Notes: generated by a model not told the origin, from the letters alone. A stretch of DNA of 64,000 bases from Octopus vulgaris (GCA_951406725.2 OX597824.1:72602001-72666000); one strand, 5' to 3'; shown: positions 26,225-41,063, numbered from the stretch's first letter. Made by a program: numbers and translations.

Positions 26225-26870
26225 ATCAATGAAGTGATGGACGATTTTGCACTCCAACGATTTCTAAGAGTATACCGAGTAACACCTAATCCGAATACAC
26301 CGTCGGGAATATCACCTGCAGAATTGATGTTTGCTAAAAAGGTCAGATCTGTTTTTGATAAGCTGATACCAAGTGAAAATATAAAAAGGCGAACACCAAA
26401 AATACTTCAACATTCTTTAAGTTAGGTGACAAAGTTTTTTTTAAAACCTATAGATAAGGTAAAGAAAGCTGGGAGGATGGTGTAATAATAATTAAACAAA
26501 TTGGAAGAATGATATTCCAGGTAAAAGGAAAAAATGGTGAATACAAAAGACATTAACCAGCTTAAGAAAAGGTTCACAGAAAAAACAGTAACGTGAAATG
26601 AAATCCCTACGGAGGTCTCAACACCCAAACAATTTGAAACTAGACTTTCCAGTACCAGAAAAGAATGGAAACACTAAAATTGAACCCTAAATGTAAGAGA
26701 TGTTAAAACTCAGAGTAGAGCTCAATTCTCAAAAGGGGAGAAAACAGGGGAGACTGATTCTAAAAAGGGGAGATGTTGTGGAAGGAGTCTAACCACCCCC
26801 AAGTGACTAGAGGCGGGCTGACTTGTTATAAATTAAAGAACTGTGAACAATTGGCAGTTCGTGTTGGTAT
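26225..26870 (+). mobile_element. Gypsy integrase C-terminus + PPT + LTR start fragment
   Basis: FLRVYRVTPNPNTPSGISPAELMF; aaaaggggaga|tgt at 26763-26776; similar to 49830-50270. Confidence 0.8.
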
Positions 26871-27370
26871 CAGTTCACTGTGAACCTTTTGCATAGAGTG
26901 TCAAATCTTGTGTAATAGTAGTGCGTCATATATATGCTTTCTTCCCCCTGCTTCATTATATTATATATACAACACAAGGATGTAAAAGATAGCTTGTTTA
27001 CAATCATCACATGTTGCCAAGACAGGAACATATACATGACAGGCTTCTTCCAGTTTTTAGTTACTAAATTCACTCACAAGGCTTTGGTCTGCCTGAGATT
27101 TATAGTAAAAGATGCTTGCCCAAGGTGCTTCATAGTGGGGCTGAACTAGAGACCACATGGTTAGGAAGTAAGCTTCACAGCCATGCCTGTATCTATAGCA
27201 AGACACCTGTTTCTGCCTCTCTATCTCTGTGACACTCTAAACTTCCACCATATGACACAAGGTCACCTCCTCCCAGGCCCCCCCTCTCCTCTCAAAATTT
27301 CTTGTCTTGCAAGTTACTTGGTGACCCTGCCAGAGAGCATCCAGACTACACTGTGAAGTGGCTTGCATTT

Positions 27371-27700
27371 GGAAGGGTATCCAGCTATAAAAACCATGCC
27401 AAAACTGACCTCACCTGTACTGGTGCTACATAAAAAACACTCAGTCCACTCTGCAGGGTGGTTGGTGTTAGGAAGGGCATCCAGCTGTAAAAACCATGTC
27501 AAAATTGACCTCACCTGTACTGGTGCTACATAAAAAACACTCAGTCCACTCTGCAGGGTGGTTGGTGTTAGGAAGGGCATCCAGCTGTAAAAACCATGCC
27601 AAAACTGACCTCGCCTGTGTTGGTGCCACGTAAAAAGCACTCATTCCACACTACATGGTGGTTGATGTTAGGAAGGGCATCCAACTGTAAAAACCCTGCC
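27371..27700 (+). repeat. 100-bp tandem repeat (~3.3 units) inside an RTE 3' UTR
   Basis: ggaaggg(c/t)atcca recurs at 27371, 27471, 27571 and 27671. Confidence 0.9.
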
Positions 27701-29022
27701 AAAACAGACACAGTAGCCTGGTGTAGTCTTCTACCTGACTGGCTCCTGTCAAACCATCCAAAGCATGCCAGCATGGTAGGTGGACGTTAAACAATGATGA
27801 TGATGACATAAATAACTGACAAGCCTATTTGCATTTCAATAGCTTAAAGCTATCCTCAAACAAAAGTAGAAGAAAAGACAAAGACTTAAAACAACTCAAG
27901 TGAACTGTGCTACTTTCTTAAATGAAGGCCCACTGACCCACTTCATGGTTTTAATGAAAAGGTGTGCACCAGTACCAATCATATTTTCTTTTAACCATCA
28001 AGAAAATTACTTGCTCAAGTACCAATTACTGTAACACTGTTAGTATTTCGTAAAGACATAAACCAGTTTCTTTCTTCCTTTTTTTAACAAAAAGAAAAAG
28101 GAAAAAGAGAAAAATAGGTTGATATGGACTTTGAACATATTTGTGAAATAAAATGTCTTGTTCTTGATATATCTTATATCTTTTGCTGGTTTCAGTCATT
28201 GGACTCCAACCATGCTAGGGCAACACCTTGAAGGTGTATAGTTGAACAAATCAAACCCAGTACTTGTTTTTACCTTTTTGTAAGTCTTGTGCTTGTTCAA
28301 TATGTCTTTTTTGCCAAGCCACTAAGTTACATGGATGTAAACAAACCAATACTGGTTGTTAAATAGTGTTGAACAAATGCAACACAAAGATTAGAAAATA
28401 AAAGGGGGGAAAAACAGAAAAAAAAAACCTTAGGCCAAATGCTATTATTGATTTCTTACACCAACTGGTCCAAAAGCTAGAGCAGTAGATGAGACACTTG
28501 ACTCTACAACAACAACAATCATCAATCAATCATCATCTTTTAATGTCTGTTCTCCATGCTGTCATGGGCTGGATGGTTTGACAAGAGCTGGTAAGCCAGA
28601 GGGCTGCACCAGACCACAGTTGTCTGTTTGGCATGGTTTCTATGGCTGGATGCCCTTCCTATCACCAAACACTTTACAGAGTGTGCTGGGTGATTTTTAC
28701 TTGACACAAGCACAGATGCTCTTGTATGTGACACCAGCACGGGTGCCTTTTTATGTGGCACCAGCAAGGGTGCTGTATATGTGGCATCAGGACTGGTTCC
28801 TTCTTACCATTTCTTACCACTAGACCACCATATATGAACATCACATCCATTTCATTCATCGAATAGTAGTAGGATCGTCTACAATGACATCACATGAAAA
28901 ATAGAACTAAATGCTCTTAAAGAACAATACACTATTGTCTGGTCACAACTCAAGTGCTTATTAATAGGGATTGGTATTTCCAAGATGAAACAGGAAATTT
29001 CTTCCCACTTCTTTTCAACTCT

Positions 29023-29414
29023 TTTACTCTTTACTCTTTTACTTGTTTCAGTCATTTGACTGCGGCCATGCTGGAGCACCGCCTTTAGTCGAGCAAATCG
29101 ACCTCGGGACTTATTCTTTGTAAGCCCAGTACTTATTCTATCGGTCTCTTTTGCTGAACCGCTAAGTGACGGGGACGTAAACACACACCAGCATCAGTTG
29201 TCAAGCAATGCTAGAGGGACAAACACAAACACACACACACATACATATATACAACAGGCTTCTTTCAGTTTCCGTCTACCAAATCCACTCACAAGGCATT
29301 GGTCGGCCCGGGGCTATAGCAGAAGACACTTGCCCAAGATGCCACGCAGTGGGATTGAACCCAGAACCATGTGGTTGGTTAGCAAGCTACTTACCACACA
29401 GCCACTCCTGTGCC
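29023..29414 (-). mobile_element. SINE family 1
   Basis: Full-length homology. Confidence 0.9.
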
Positions 29415-29516
29415 TACCATATTTTACTACCATATTTCTGTTGAAACATGCCTTTATTTCAATTAATTTTGAAGACGTTATAGAAATTTCATAAAATAAT
29501 TTTGTCATTCAATTAA

Positions 29517-29710
29517 CCCTTTAGCATTCAGATTATTGTATCAAATAATCTGGACTTATTTGTCCACATTGTTTTGAGATTTCGATTGTATGATTGTGTA
29601 TGTTTTAGACTAACATTGTAGGGTAGGTGTGAGTGGCTGGATATGGTTAGTTTGATCATAAAACAGGAAAAATATTTTGGCCAGAAATAGCCAGTTTAAA
29701 TGCTGAATGG
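29517..29710. mobile_element. piggyBac-like MITE
   Basis: TTAA flanks; homology to 5272-5485. Confidence 0.75.
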
Positions 29711-30816
29711 TTAAACCATTGTTTGAAATGTAAATCAGCATGAAATTTGATGAAAGGCTTTAATTTCAATCACTTTAAGACACCAGCACAGGTGCCTTTT
29801 TATGTAGCACCAGCAGGGGTGCCGTATATGTGGAATCAGGATTGGTTCCTTCTTACATGCTCAACATAGATGCTTGATTCTACTTAGCTTGCTGTGTCTT
29901 CATGAACACAGCAAATCTGTATCATGGAAAGAAGTGGGGTCTGAAGCAGGGACAAAACTCCAAAATATTTACTGCTTTGTCTAAACTATGGCAGCAATCT
30001 GATGATGATACTCGTGATGTTAGAGGTGATTATAATTGATGGTAAACTTGGAAATTTAAAACCAAACATTAGAAGACATACACAAACAGCAACAGCAGCA
30101 AAAATAAGTCCAATTTCCGATTATCATCACCAGCTAAGTTATTGACAGTAAAATTAGTTTGAACACTTCAGAAAGGTAAAAAAAAATAAGTGTTTTTTGT
30201 ATTGTGTTAAAGAGGAAACAGATAAGAGAAGGATATTCAACAAGAATATCCTGTAAGAGTTGTATCAACAAAAAGAAAACAAGAGAGAGAGTAGCAAGCC
30301 TTTGTATAAATGTAGGAGTATTTGAAATCTATTACAAATGTTCACTGAACCACTCAACAAAATGTAGAATATATGAGTCATTACAGCTGTTTTCAAGAAA
30401 AATTCAAACATTTTTCTAAGTTTATAGACTCATCGTTTGTCACAAGGGCCTAGAGCAGTAACACTTCATGGATAATGGACACTGCGGAAAATGCTATAAC
30501 CAGGATAAAAAATATAAAGGTCTTGTAATAATTCACTGTATATAGATGAGGACAGCTGTGTAAAGAAGTGCTGTGGAGGGAACATGTAGAAGAGGTAGAC
30601 CCAGGAAGACACAAGATGAGGTGGTGAAGCATGATCTTCGAATGTTGGGTCGCATGGAGGTGATGACATGGAGTGACTGAGAGCTCTGGTGATATGTTGT
30701 GCTTGAGAAGCCGCGTCAGGCCAACTGAAATTGTAGTTGTGGCCATGCTGGTGTCATGTATATGGCACCCATGCATCATAGTCAATGGTCGTTGTTGGTG
30801 CCATGTAAATGGTATT

Positions 30817-31054
30817 GTCTGTCCTTGTTTGCCCCTCTGTGTTTAGCCCCTTGGGGGTAGTAAAGAAATAGGTATTTCGTTTGCTGCTACATTCTTAGTT
30901 CAAATTCCATCAAGGTCGACTTTGCCTTTCATCCTTTCGGGGTCGATTAAATAAGTACCAGTTATGCACTAGGGTCAATATAATCGACTTAATCCGTTTG
31001 TCTGTCCTTGTTTGTCTTCTCTGTGTTTAGCCCCTTGTGGGTAGTAAAGAAATA
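30817..31054 (+). mobile_element. SINE family 2, truncated tandem
   Basis: 3' fragment plus headless body. Confidence 0.85.
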
Positions 31055-32345
31055 GGTATCTATGTATAATAGTTGTGGTCGTTCGCTGCCAGTACCATGT
31101 ACATAACACACATGCATTGTAATTATGGTCCTTCGCTGCAAGTGCTGTGTAAATGACACCCATGCATCATAGTCGTGGTTGTTGATGGTACCGTGTAAAC
31201 GGCACTCATGAGCCGTAGTCATTATCAGTGCCATGCAAATGGTACCCGTGCATCAAAGTTATGGTCATTGATGGTGCCATATAAACAGCACCCACCCATG
31301 AATCATCGTCACAGTCATTGTAGTCCTCCAACTCACTGGATCTTGTCAATTTCGTCAACTGCTGATGCTAGCATGGAAGACGGATGTTAAATGATGATAT
31401 CTTATACACAATGTTCCACTCCTCTCAGTAAATCAACTACATGGCCACTCCTGTGCATTAACTTTTGCCAAGAGTGAATTCCACTTTACTAAAGTGTGCC
31501 TTGCTGTGTAAGACATATATCTTACTCATTCGTCAATGTTGAGCAGTCAGCTGTAGGAATGTCACTGAACAGCAAACAATAGTTCCAACACAGGCAAATA
31601 CTGAATTAAGGGCAAACACAATAATCCTCAGTTAATATAGAGAAGTGAAGTAAAACCATTAAAGGACAGATGACTGGGCAATTCGGCCAATCTATCAACT
31701 TTCTATTTCTTTTACACTAAAAAGAGAACAGAGATGAACTACCCACCTCTTCAACAAATGTGAAATGATGTGTATGTGTGTGTGTGTGTGAGAGAGGAAT
31801 GTGTGTCTATCATTATCATCATTTAATGTCCATTTCTCCAAGCTTGCATGGATCAGATGGGATTTGTTGAGGCAAATTTTCTATGACTGGATGCCCTTCC
31901 TTATCACAAGCCCTCACCTGTTTCAAGCAAAGTAACATTTCTTTATGGCCAGGCATGTTTACCATGGGAGACTGGAAAGAAACAATATTGCATATATGAT
32001 GGTGATTCTCATTTACAACCATCATATGATGACAACACACACACACACATATATATATGATGGGTTTCTTTCAGTTACCATCTACCAAATCCACTCACAA
32101 GGCTTTAGTTAGCCTGGGGCTACAAAAGAAGACACTTGCTCATGGTTCCACACACCAAAATTGAACCTGAAACCACATGGTTGGGAAACAAGCCTCTGAA
32201 TCACACAGCCATGCCTTTGCCTATTTATGTGTAAAGCAAACTGTGGTTACAAAACAAAGAAAACAGTGTAAAACCTGGAAAAAAAAAATCAAAACCAAAA
32301 ACCAATGAAAAAAATAGATTGATGAAAATCTCAAATGCTATTTAC

Positions 32346-32447
32346 CTGAAACATATCTGTGTCGGGATCAGACTTATATTCGACAACCACAGCCTGGTTT
32401 CTTGACATCGTATAGGATACAGAGTGTAAAGCCGAATCCTGGACAGC
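32346..32447 (-). CDS. PELI: Pellino exon C (AVQDSALHSVSYTMSRNQAVVVEYKSDPDTDMFQ)
   Basis: tttgcag|GCT acceptor, CAG|gtaaa donor, 102 nt; not in the ORF track, read by hand. Confidence 0.95.
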
Positions 32448-32519
32448 CTGCAAATAATAAAAAAAAAGACCAAGAAATTAATCTTAATATTGATTTTTCA
32501 CATTAGCAATTCAAGGACA

Positions 32520-33027
32520 TCTATATATATAAAACTGTAGTTGTGTGAGTGTCTGTCCCCTTCGATTTAGATTCCTAACTACTCCCACATTTTGCGGTGC
32601 AGTTTAACCAAATTCGGGTATCTTATAGTCGTGATTCATACCCTTCTGGGTATTAGCGCGCGTCTACGATGAGTCTACGATTTTAAAAATAATTTAGCAT
32701 CATTTTTTATTCCATTTTAATGCATAATTTTTCGTGTGTCGATGGTAGCGGAGTTGGCGTCCATGGTCACACCTGCACCTGTTTGCTTCTCCCCCTTCTT
32801 CCCTCCCTCGTGAAGCTGTGGGGAAGAGAGTGTAAGGAAATCAACGTCGTAAAGCGTTGTCAAGAAGACCAGCATTCTTTTAGGACAACGACTTCATGGC
32901 TTGAAGACACCAAAACAGAAATGGCTAAGAAAGCCCGAATTGGCATCTATAAGGGAAGTAACTCTCTAAAAATGCTTATATAGTTATTTCCCTTACAAAC
33001 CCGAGCAACGCCAGGCGATACTGCTAG
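32520..33027 (+). mobile_element. Non-autonomous Helitron
   Basis: A|TCTATATATATAAAA 5' end; 3' GC-rich hairpin then CTAG|T; no TSD. Confidence 0.85.
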
Positions 33028-33048
33028 TATATTTATAAAGGAGGAATA

Positions 33049-34200
33049 CATCATCATCATCATCATTTAGTGTCCGCTGTTCATGCTGGTATGGGTTGGA
33101 CAGTTTGACCAGGGCTTACAAGCTGGAAGGCTGCACCAGATTCCAGTCTGATTTGGCATGGTTTCTATGGCTGGATGCCCTTCCTAATGCCAACCCCTCC
33201 AAAAGTATAATGGGTGCTTTTACATGCCACCGGTTTGAGTGCCATTTGTATGACACCGGTATCTACTACAACTGTGATTTTACTTGGTTGATGGGCCTTC
33301 TTCTCAAGCACAACAAAATGCCAAAAATCTCAGTCATTGCCTTCATGAGGGCCCAACACTCGAAGGGAGCTTTTCGTGTGCCATCAGCATCAGCCACTTT
33401 GCCTCCATGAGGCCCAACACTTGAAAGGTGCTTTTTACGTGTCACCAGCACAGGTGCCACTTATGATGTGACAGCAACATCAGCCACAACTATGATTTCA
33501 CTTGGCTTTATGGGTTTTCTCAAGCACAGTATATTGCCAAAGGTCTCGGTCACTAATCATTGCCTCTGTGAAGCCCATAGTTTGAAGATTATGCTTCAGC
33601 ACCTTGTCCCATGTCTTCCTGGGTCTACCTCTACTACAGGTTCCCTTCACAGTTAGAGATTGACACTTCTTTACACCAGCTGTCCTTGTCCATATACATC
33701 ACATGACCATACCAGTACAGTCATCTCTCTTGCACACCACTTCTGATGCCTCTTATGCCCAACTTTTCTCTCAAGATGCTTACACTCTGTTGAACATGCA
33801 CACTGACATTGCACATGCAGCCTACGCATGTCGTCAACTGTCACAGCCCATATTTCACTGCCGTGTACCACAGCTATTCTCACACAGGCATTATATAATC
33901 TGCTTTTCACTCTGAGGGAGGGCCCTTTGTCACCAGCAAGGGTAGGAGCTCTTTGAACTTTGCCCAGCCTAATCTTGTTCTCACAGCTACGCTCTTGGAG
34001 TGTCCACCACTGCTACTAACTTAGTCACCTAGATAATGGAAGCTATCTACTACCTCTAGCTTACCCATGTGGCAGTTGACAGAGTCTATTTTCCGTACAT
34101 TTTTGGTGTTTATTGTACCTGTACATCTTCCACACATAAAAGCCATTTTCCCTATTGACCTTCCTCTGATATTGCTGCACTTCTTATGTGTCCACAGCTT
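33049..34200 (-). mobile_element. 5'-truncated RTE-clade LINE (ORF C-terminus + 3' UTR + (GAT)n tail)
   Basis: Degenerate VDSFHYLGD, IRLGWAKFKELLPLL, RLYNACVR..HGSEIWAV, GRPRKTW; continues into the 3' UTR repeat found throughout the window. Confidence 0.85.
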
Positions 34201-34538
34201 AAACTGGAGAATGTACTAGGAACATGATGCAGAGAGCTTGCTGGTGGAACAGAGAGGAGAGTCTGCTAGAGAAATGGGGAGGGAGGACATTGCTGGAGGA
34301 ACAGTGTACAGAACTTGCTGGAGGAATGAAATACAGTGGAGAGGTAAAATAGAACTGCTAGACTGATGGGTAGAAAGACAATGTACAAGAGGGAGGAGGG
34401 TTAAGATAACATGCTAGAGAAAGAGAGAGAGAGATGATAAGAGAATGTGCTAGAGAGAAAGATGTTAAGAGAATTGAAAGGTGAGAAGAGAATATGCTAG
34501 AGAGAAATGTAGAACTTGCTAGAAAGAATTATGATTAC

Positions 34539-34668
34539 TTTGGAATTCTGAGGGTTTTTGACCACATGTTTCTTATAAGGCTTCACTCCATTGGCTGCAG
34601 ATCGTTTGGTCAGGATGAATTTGCTCCGTTTTCTACCCTTTTCATAATTTACAAGGTGACCATTGTAG
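34539..34668 (-). CDS. PELI: Pellino exon B (YNGHLVNYEKGRKRSKFILTKRSAANGVKPYKKHVVKNPQNSK)
   Basis: tttcag|C acceptor, AAA|gtaatc donor, 130 nt. Confidence 0.95.
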
Positions 34669-37471
34669 CTGAAAATACAGAGAAAACAACAGAGTGACAG
34701 TAGAAAAAACAATAACAACACCAGCAGCAACAACAACAAACCTAGGTAGGTTTAAGCTGTTGCTCAACCTGCAACAAATGAAAGCTACAGCTCTCAAGTT
34801 ACACACTAGGGTAAAAAATCATCATCATCGTTTAACGTCCTAGATAAATGTGTCTGAATAAAGGATGGAGTGGCCATAAATGGAATGCCTTTGATCATAG
34901 GTCAGCTGAATCAGGACTGGTGCTAAACAACAACAGTGTCAACAAAAGACAAGCAATTTAAAGGAAAAAGGAAATAAAGTAAAACAGAATACCATTGTGA
35001 CTGAGGAAGGCATTCATGTGGAAGTGGCCACCTGCACATGAGTGTATTACACATAACAGGATGTTACACAACCCATAAACAGAATCAGATTCTGAATCCA
35101 ATGACAAAGTGATCCTGAATGATATTCAGAGTGTGTGTGCATGGGAAGAATGTGCTTTGCATGCTATAGTGACATCTCAAGGCTTAAAGGAGGAACTGAG
35201 TTGAACTCAACACTACAAAGTATGCAAGCCAAATTATAGTGAGCAGGCAGGCAAAAGGGTTATCAGACAACCGCATTATAGTATAGTGGTGACCAGACAG
35301 TACAGAAATAACTAAAGTGGTCAAGTATGCAGACCAAAATATAGTGTCCAGTTAGCTAAAATATAGTGATCAAAACAGTTAGCAAGCTGGTTATCAAAAT
35401 ACACAGATACACAGTGGCCAGACAGCCAGAATGCGGCTACGCAAAAAGTAGGTACCAAAAAGAAGTCAGTCAATAAAATAAAGTAAAACTACAATGAAAT
35501 TGAAATCATATATTTACATGAGAAATCATTAGACATTCACTAGACTACCATCAAAATACAACATATATATATATATATATATATCATCATCATTGTTTAA
35601 TGTCCGTTTTCCATGCTAGCACGGGTTGGACGGTTCGACTGGGGCCTGGGAAGCCAGGAGGCTGCACCAGGCTCCAGTCTGATCTGGCAGTGTTTCTACA
35701 GCTGGATGCCCTTCCTAATGCGAACCACTCCATGAGTGTAGTGGGTGCTTTTTACGTGCCAGGGGGGGCTGGCAGCGGCCACGATCGGTTGGTGCTTTTT
35801 ACATGCCACCTGCACAGGTATCACAACTACTACAATTTCTATTTGATATTTATTTTGAAATGGAAATTATATATATCATTGTTTTAATGTCCACTTTTTA
35901 ATGCTTGCTTGCGTCAGACGAAAATTTATTGAGGTGGGTTTTCTATGCTTGGATACGCTTCCTATAACCAACTCTCAAACATTTCCCCCATGTTTTCATG
36001 GAATACTGGAAATGAAGAACACTGCTTTATATTACAATGACACTTATTTACAATTATCACATGATGTCAAGGCAAGGAAACAGTAAGACACACATACGCA
36101 CGTAAATGATGAGTTTATTTCAGTTTCTAGCCATAAAATTGACTCACAAGGCCTTAGTTGGACTGGAGCTATAGCAGAAGATACCTAAGGTGTCATGCAG
36201 TGAAATTGTAGCAAAACCAAGTAGTTGAGAAGCAAACTTCATACCAATCAACCACACTTATACCTTTTTAGGTATATATAATGAAATCATTATCATCATC
36301 ATCGTTTAACGCCCGTTTTCCATGCTAGCATGGGTTGGACAGTTCAACCAGGGTCTGCGAAGCCAGGAGGCTGCGCCAGGCTCCAGCCTGATCTGGCAGT
36401 GTTTCTACAGCTGGATGCCTTTCCTAATGCCAACCACTCCGTGAGTGTAGTAGATGGTTTTTACGCGCCACTGGCACAGGGGCCAGAGAAAGCTGGCAAA
36501 CGGCCACGATCAGTTGGTGCTTTTTACGTGTCACCGGCACTGGCATCAGCTACGTTCGGATGGTGCATTTTACGTGCCACCAGCACAGGTATCTTAACTA
36601 CAATTTCCATTTGATTTTTATTTTGATGTTGGTGTTGATGTACTTGACTCAAGAGGTCTCCTCAAGAACAGCGGGTCACTCTACGATCCAAGGTTAGCAC
36701 AGCAGGCCATCCTGCGAGCCATGAACTCACTTCATTTGTCAGCTATCATTTTTACAACTGCTTTCCATGCTAGCATGGGCTGGACAGTTAGACAGGTTCC
36801 AACAGGCTGAAGGAGTACATCACGCTCCACTGTTTCAATTTTGGCATGGTTTCTATGGCTGGATGCCCTTCCTGTTATTAAACCTGTACCTGATTTTCAA
36901 ATAAGGGAGCTCTTCTTCCACACATCTACAAAGTGAGAGAGCACTCTGGTAAGAGAGATGACATCAACACCACCACTTGCAGCAAACAACTCTCGAAGAA
37001 CCCAAATGTAAACATACACACACAACTGGCTTCCTTTAGCTTCTGTTTACCAAATTCAATCACATGACTTTGATTTGCCCAAAGCTATAGAAGATACCCA
37101 AGATGCTGCAGTGCACATAGCCATGCCTGCACATGTTATTACATTGTGCGTGAGTGAGAAAGAGGGGAATTCTCTCTCATATTCATATACATTCTATGCA
37201 TATATACATACATACCTATACACGCTGTACACAAAACACACAGGTAAACATTTGTACTATAGTGTCTATATCATTAAATCTGTATTCTATGGCTTCATGC
37301 TGATAGCTAAGTGGATGTTGTCAATCCTCCTTCACATTTCAGCGAAAGACTGCTGACATTCTCTTCAATATTGATGTGAAACCATAGCATGGGTTTAATA
37401 GCATCCTTGCTTATATATATATATATGTTGATTCGCTAGCCTCTGCACGCATTTTTTTTCTCTCCTTGTTT

Positions 37472-37507
37472 CTTTCTGTTGAAGAGCGTAGGCTCAAAAC
37501 GTAAAAG
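37472..37507 (+). ncRNA. Hammerhead-like motif, U6 family, G12A-degenerate copy
   Basis: CUUU-CUGUUGA-a-GAGC guag GCUC-AAAACGUA-AAAG. Confidence 0.4.
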
Positions 37508-37603
37508 ACTTGTTTTATTTATATTCCTGAGCACCATACTAATACAATTGTTTGTTTGTATTCCACCTGCCTTCGCCTTTTGTTTATTTTCATAAAGCTT
37601 CCC

Positions 37604-37652
<49 letters not shown>

Positions 37653-38014
37653 GAGCAAAACGCCTCCCCTGTCCAATGGACGGTGCTGAGTTGTCAAACA
37701 TTTAAACCAAATTTTCTCAAAACAACTTGTCCAACCATCCCATAGGCCTCCCCTTTGAGAAACACTGATTTAACCTAAATTTGAAACACCAGCAAAAGAA
37801 GAAATAAAGATAGACTTTTTTCCTATTCCAAAGAAAAACGATTTCCCATGGCTTTATCAATCGCATTCTCACCTGGAATCAATTTTTGTAATTTTTTCAA
37901 GACTTATACATGCCACGATATTGTCAGTATCTACATATCAAACTTGAGTGCAATCGGATGGAGGGTTTCCAAGATCCTAGAAGCCACACACACAGACAGA
38001 ATGGATTTTATATA

Positions 38015-38053
<39 letters not shown>

Positions 38054-39448
38054 AGATAAGAAAATGGAGAAATACATTTAAATCAAATATCAATTACCAT
38101 ATAAAATAGAAACTCAAAATATGAGTATACGTATATCTTCATTAATATTTAGCAGAAGTAACAGAGTGACTCAAGGTCTAAGAGTTTCAAGTGCCAGCAC
38201 TTAATAAAATTAGTCCCAGGCCTTCAGCCTATGAGTTTATATAGTTGTTGGACATTCACCATCATCATCGTTTAACGTCCGTTTTCCATGTTGGCATGGG
38301 TTGGATGGTTTGACTGAGGACTAACAAGCCAGTAGGCTGCGCCAGGCTCCAATCTGATATGGCAAGGTTTCTACAGCTGGATGCCCTTCCTAACGCCAAC
38401 GACTGAGTGTAGTGGGTGCTTTTTACATGCCATGGGTACGGGAGCCAGTCAGGCAGCACTGGCATTGACCACAATCAGATGGTGCTTTTTACATTCCACT
38501 GGCATGCGGAGCCAGTCAGGCAGCACTAGCATTGATCCACACTTGAATGGCACTTAAATATTCCAACTATATCAATACTGTATGACTGAATTCTTGTATT
38601 TGTCTTTTATTTTTATTTTCTTAACAGTTTCATTAAATATCTCTTTAAATGCCTTTATAACTTATTAAAAACTAATAATGACAAAAGAACGAAGAAATTA
38701 TTTTTAAATCAAAAAATTGGGGAAGGGGGCAAGAAGCTTGTTTCCCAACCACATAATTCTGAGTTCAGTCCCATTGCGTGACACCTATAGCCTTCAGCTG
38801 TCCAAGGCTTTATGTGCAGATTTGGTAGGCAGAATCTGAAAGAAGCACTTTATATATATAATTGTGTGTGTGTGTCTCTCCTTTTGCAGAATACTGGAAG
38901 TGAATGGCACTGTTTGTATGACAATGACACTTATTTACAGCTATCATGCTGTGTCAAGACAACACACACCAGGCTTTTTCAGTTTCTGTCTGCCAAATCC
39001 ACCCACAATGCTTTGGTTGAGGCTATAGTAGAAGACAAATGCCTAAAGTGCCATGAGGCAGGTCTGAATCCAAAACCCTATGGTTGGGAAGCAAACTTCT
39101 TAACCACATAACATGAGGTTTGTTCCCACTGCATGTAAACTATTGGCTGGTGTCATCTACTACTTGCTGTAGGTCAGCCAATACCTTGTGGGAGAGATTT
39201 GGTAGACAAAAATGGGAAGAAATCCATAATGAGTATGCATGTTTGTGTACGTGTGTATGCACATGCAAGATGTATTGTGACATGTGCAAACTGTATCATC
39301 TGTTCGCAATCCTCAATGAAAGCATGTCAATAGACAAAGGGAAATATTACCTTGCTTGGGAGCAGGAAGAACATCTAAGCAACAGAAAATTCTTTTTCAA
39401 CTAAGTCTCGTCTGCTCCATGCAAATAACAATGGCGATGATACACACA

Positions 39449-39497
<49 letters not shown>

Positions 39498-41063
39498 CAG
39501 CATCGCCTTACTGGCACTTTTGCTGGTGGCACGTGAAAAAATATTCAAGCGAGGTCGTTGCCAGTGCCGCTGGAGTGGCTCCTGTGCAGGTGGCATGTAA
39601 AAAAAAAAACCATTTGAGCGTGGCCGTTTCCAGTACCGCCTGACTAGCCCCCATGCTTGTGGCACGTAAAAGCACCCACTACACTATCAGAGTGGTTGGC
39701 ATTAGGAAGGGCATCGCTGTAGAAACTCTGCCAGATCAAGATTGGAGCCTGGTGCAGCAATCTGGTTCGCCAGTCCTCAGTCAAATCGTCCAACCCATGC
39801 TAGCATGGAAAGTGGACATTTAACGATGATGATTATATATATATATATGTATATATATATATAATCATCATCATCATTTAATGTCCATCTTCCATGCTAG
39901 CTTGGGGTGGACAGTTTCACAGGAACTGGTAAGCCAGAGGAATACACTAAGCTCTACTGTCTGTTTTGGCATGGGGTTTCTATGTGGCATTAGCACTGAT
40001 GAGATCTGTATTGACATGGTTTTCATGGCCTAAATGCCCTTTTAAATGCCACTCACTTTACAGAGTGGACTGGATGCTTTTTACATGGCACCAGCTCTAG
40101 TGAGGTCTGTTTGGCATAGTTTTGGCAGTGCCAGAAATTATATATTTGTTTCAGTTTATTATGATTATAAGAAGGCTCTGCAATAAATCCTAACAGAGCC
40201 AAAAGAGAGGGTTATATAGGATTACTTCTTCAAGTGTAGCAGCAATATTTTTTAAGAGACTAATAATAATAATAATAATAATCAAAATGGTTTCTGACTT
40301 AAGAATAGAGTGTTACCCAAAACAAATCATAGATAAAGATTTAGATTAGAGGGATGATGGGGTTGGGGATACATAATTTATAAAATCCGATTCGCTTTGT
40401 TTTTTTAATTCTATTATGAGGAGGGAAAGATTAAATTAGCTTTTTAAAGGAGAAGAAATTATATGATAAAAACAATAAAAACTGGAGTGTGTCAGAAGAT
40501 TAATGATTTTTCTTTGTAAAATAGTGAAAAAGTAGAGTCAAATAGGATTATGTAAGGTTCCCTAAAGACCCTAAGGCACCAAACCCTTTCACCTATGAAT
40601 AATAAGCAGAATCCACATTTTAAACAAATCACAAAGGCTTATTTGATAAAATGAATGAGAATAGCTTAAATAAAGACTGCTTCTTCTCCCCACCACCTCA
40701 TGCATTATATACGCATCATGGAACAAGCAATCACACACACACACACCATATGGTAACACTTTCTCTCTGCCCACACACAATACAATCACAATATAGGCAC
40801 TAAAAACACATGAACACACACAAACACTACATACTAGGAACACGTGAATACACAATAATACACTCTAAAGACACGTGAATAGCACCTCTTCATCCACAAA
40901 TTGTGTATAGAGTAAATAAGTGCAAAACACAGTGGTCAGCCAAAACTGCATCATATTAAACCGAAGATTAACATAGCAAACAGCAGCTGTTTAATGAAAC
41001 AGTTACTTGTAATAAATATATGATCTATCAACATCATCATTATTATTATTATTATTATTATTA

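Noticed and set aside
27371-27700. CRISPR-like regularly spaced repeats
   Set aside because: Whole 100-bp units repeat with no unique spacers; eukaryotic context with no cas genes.
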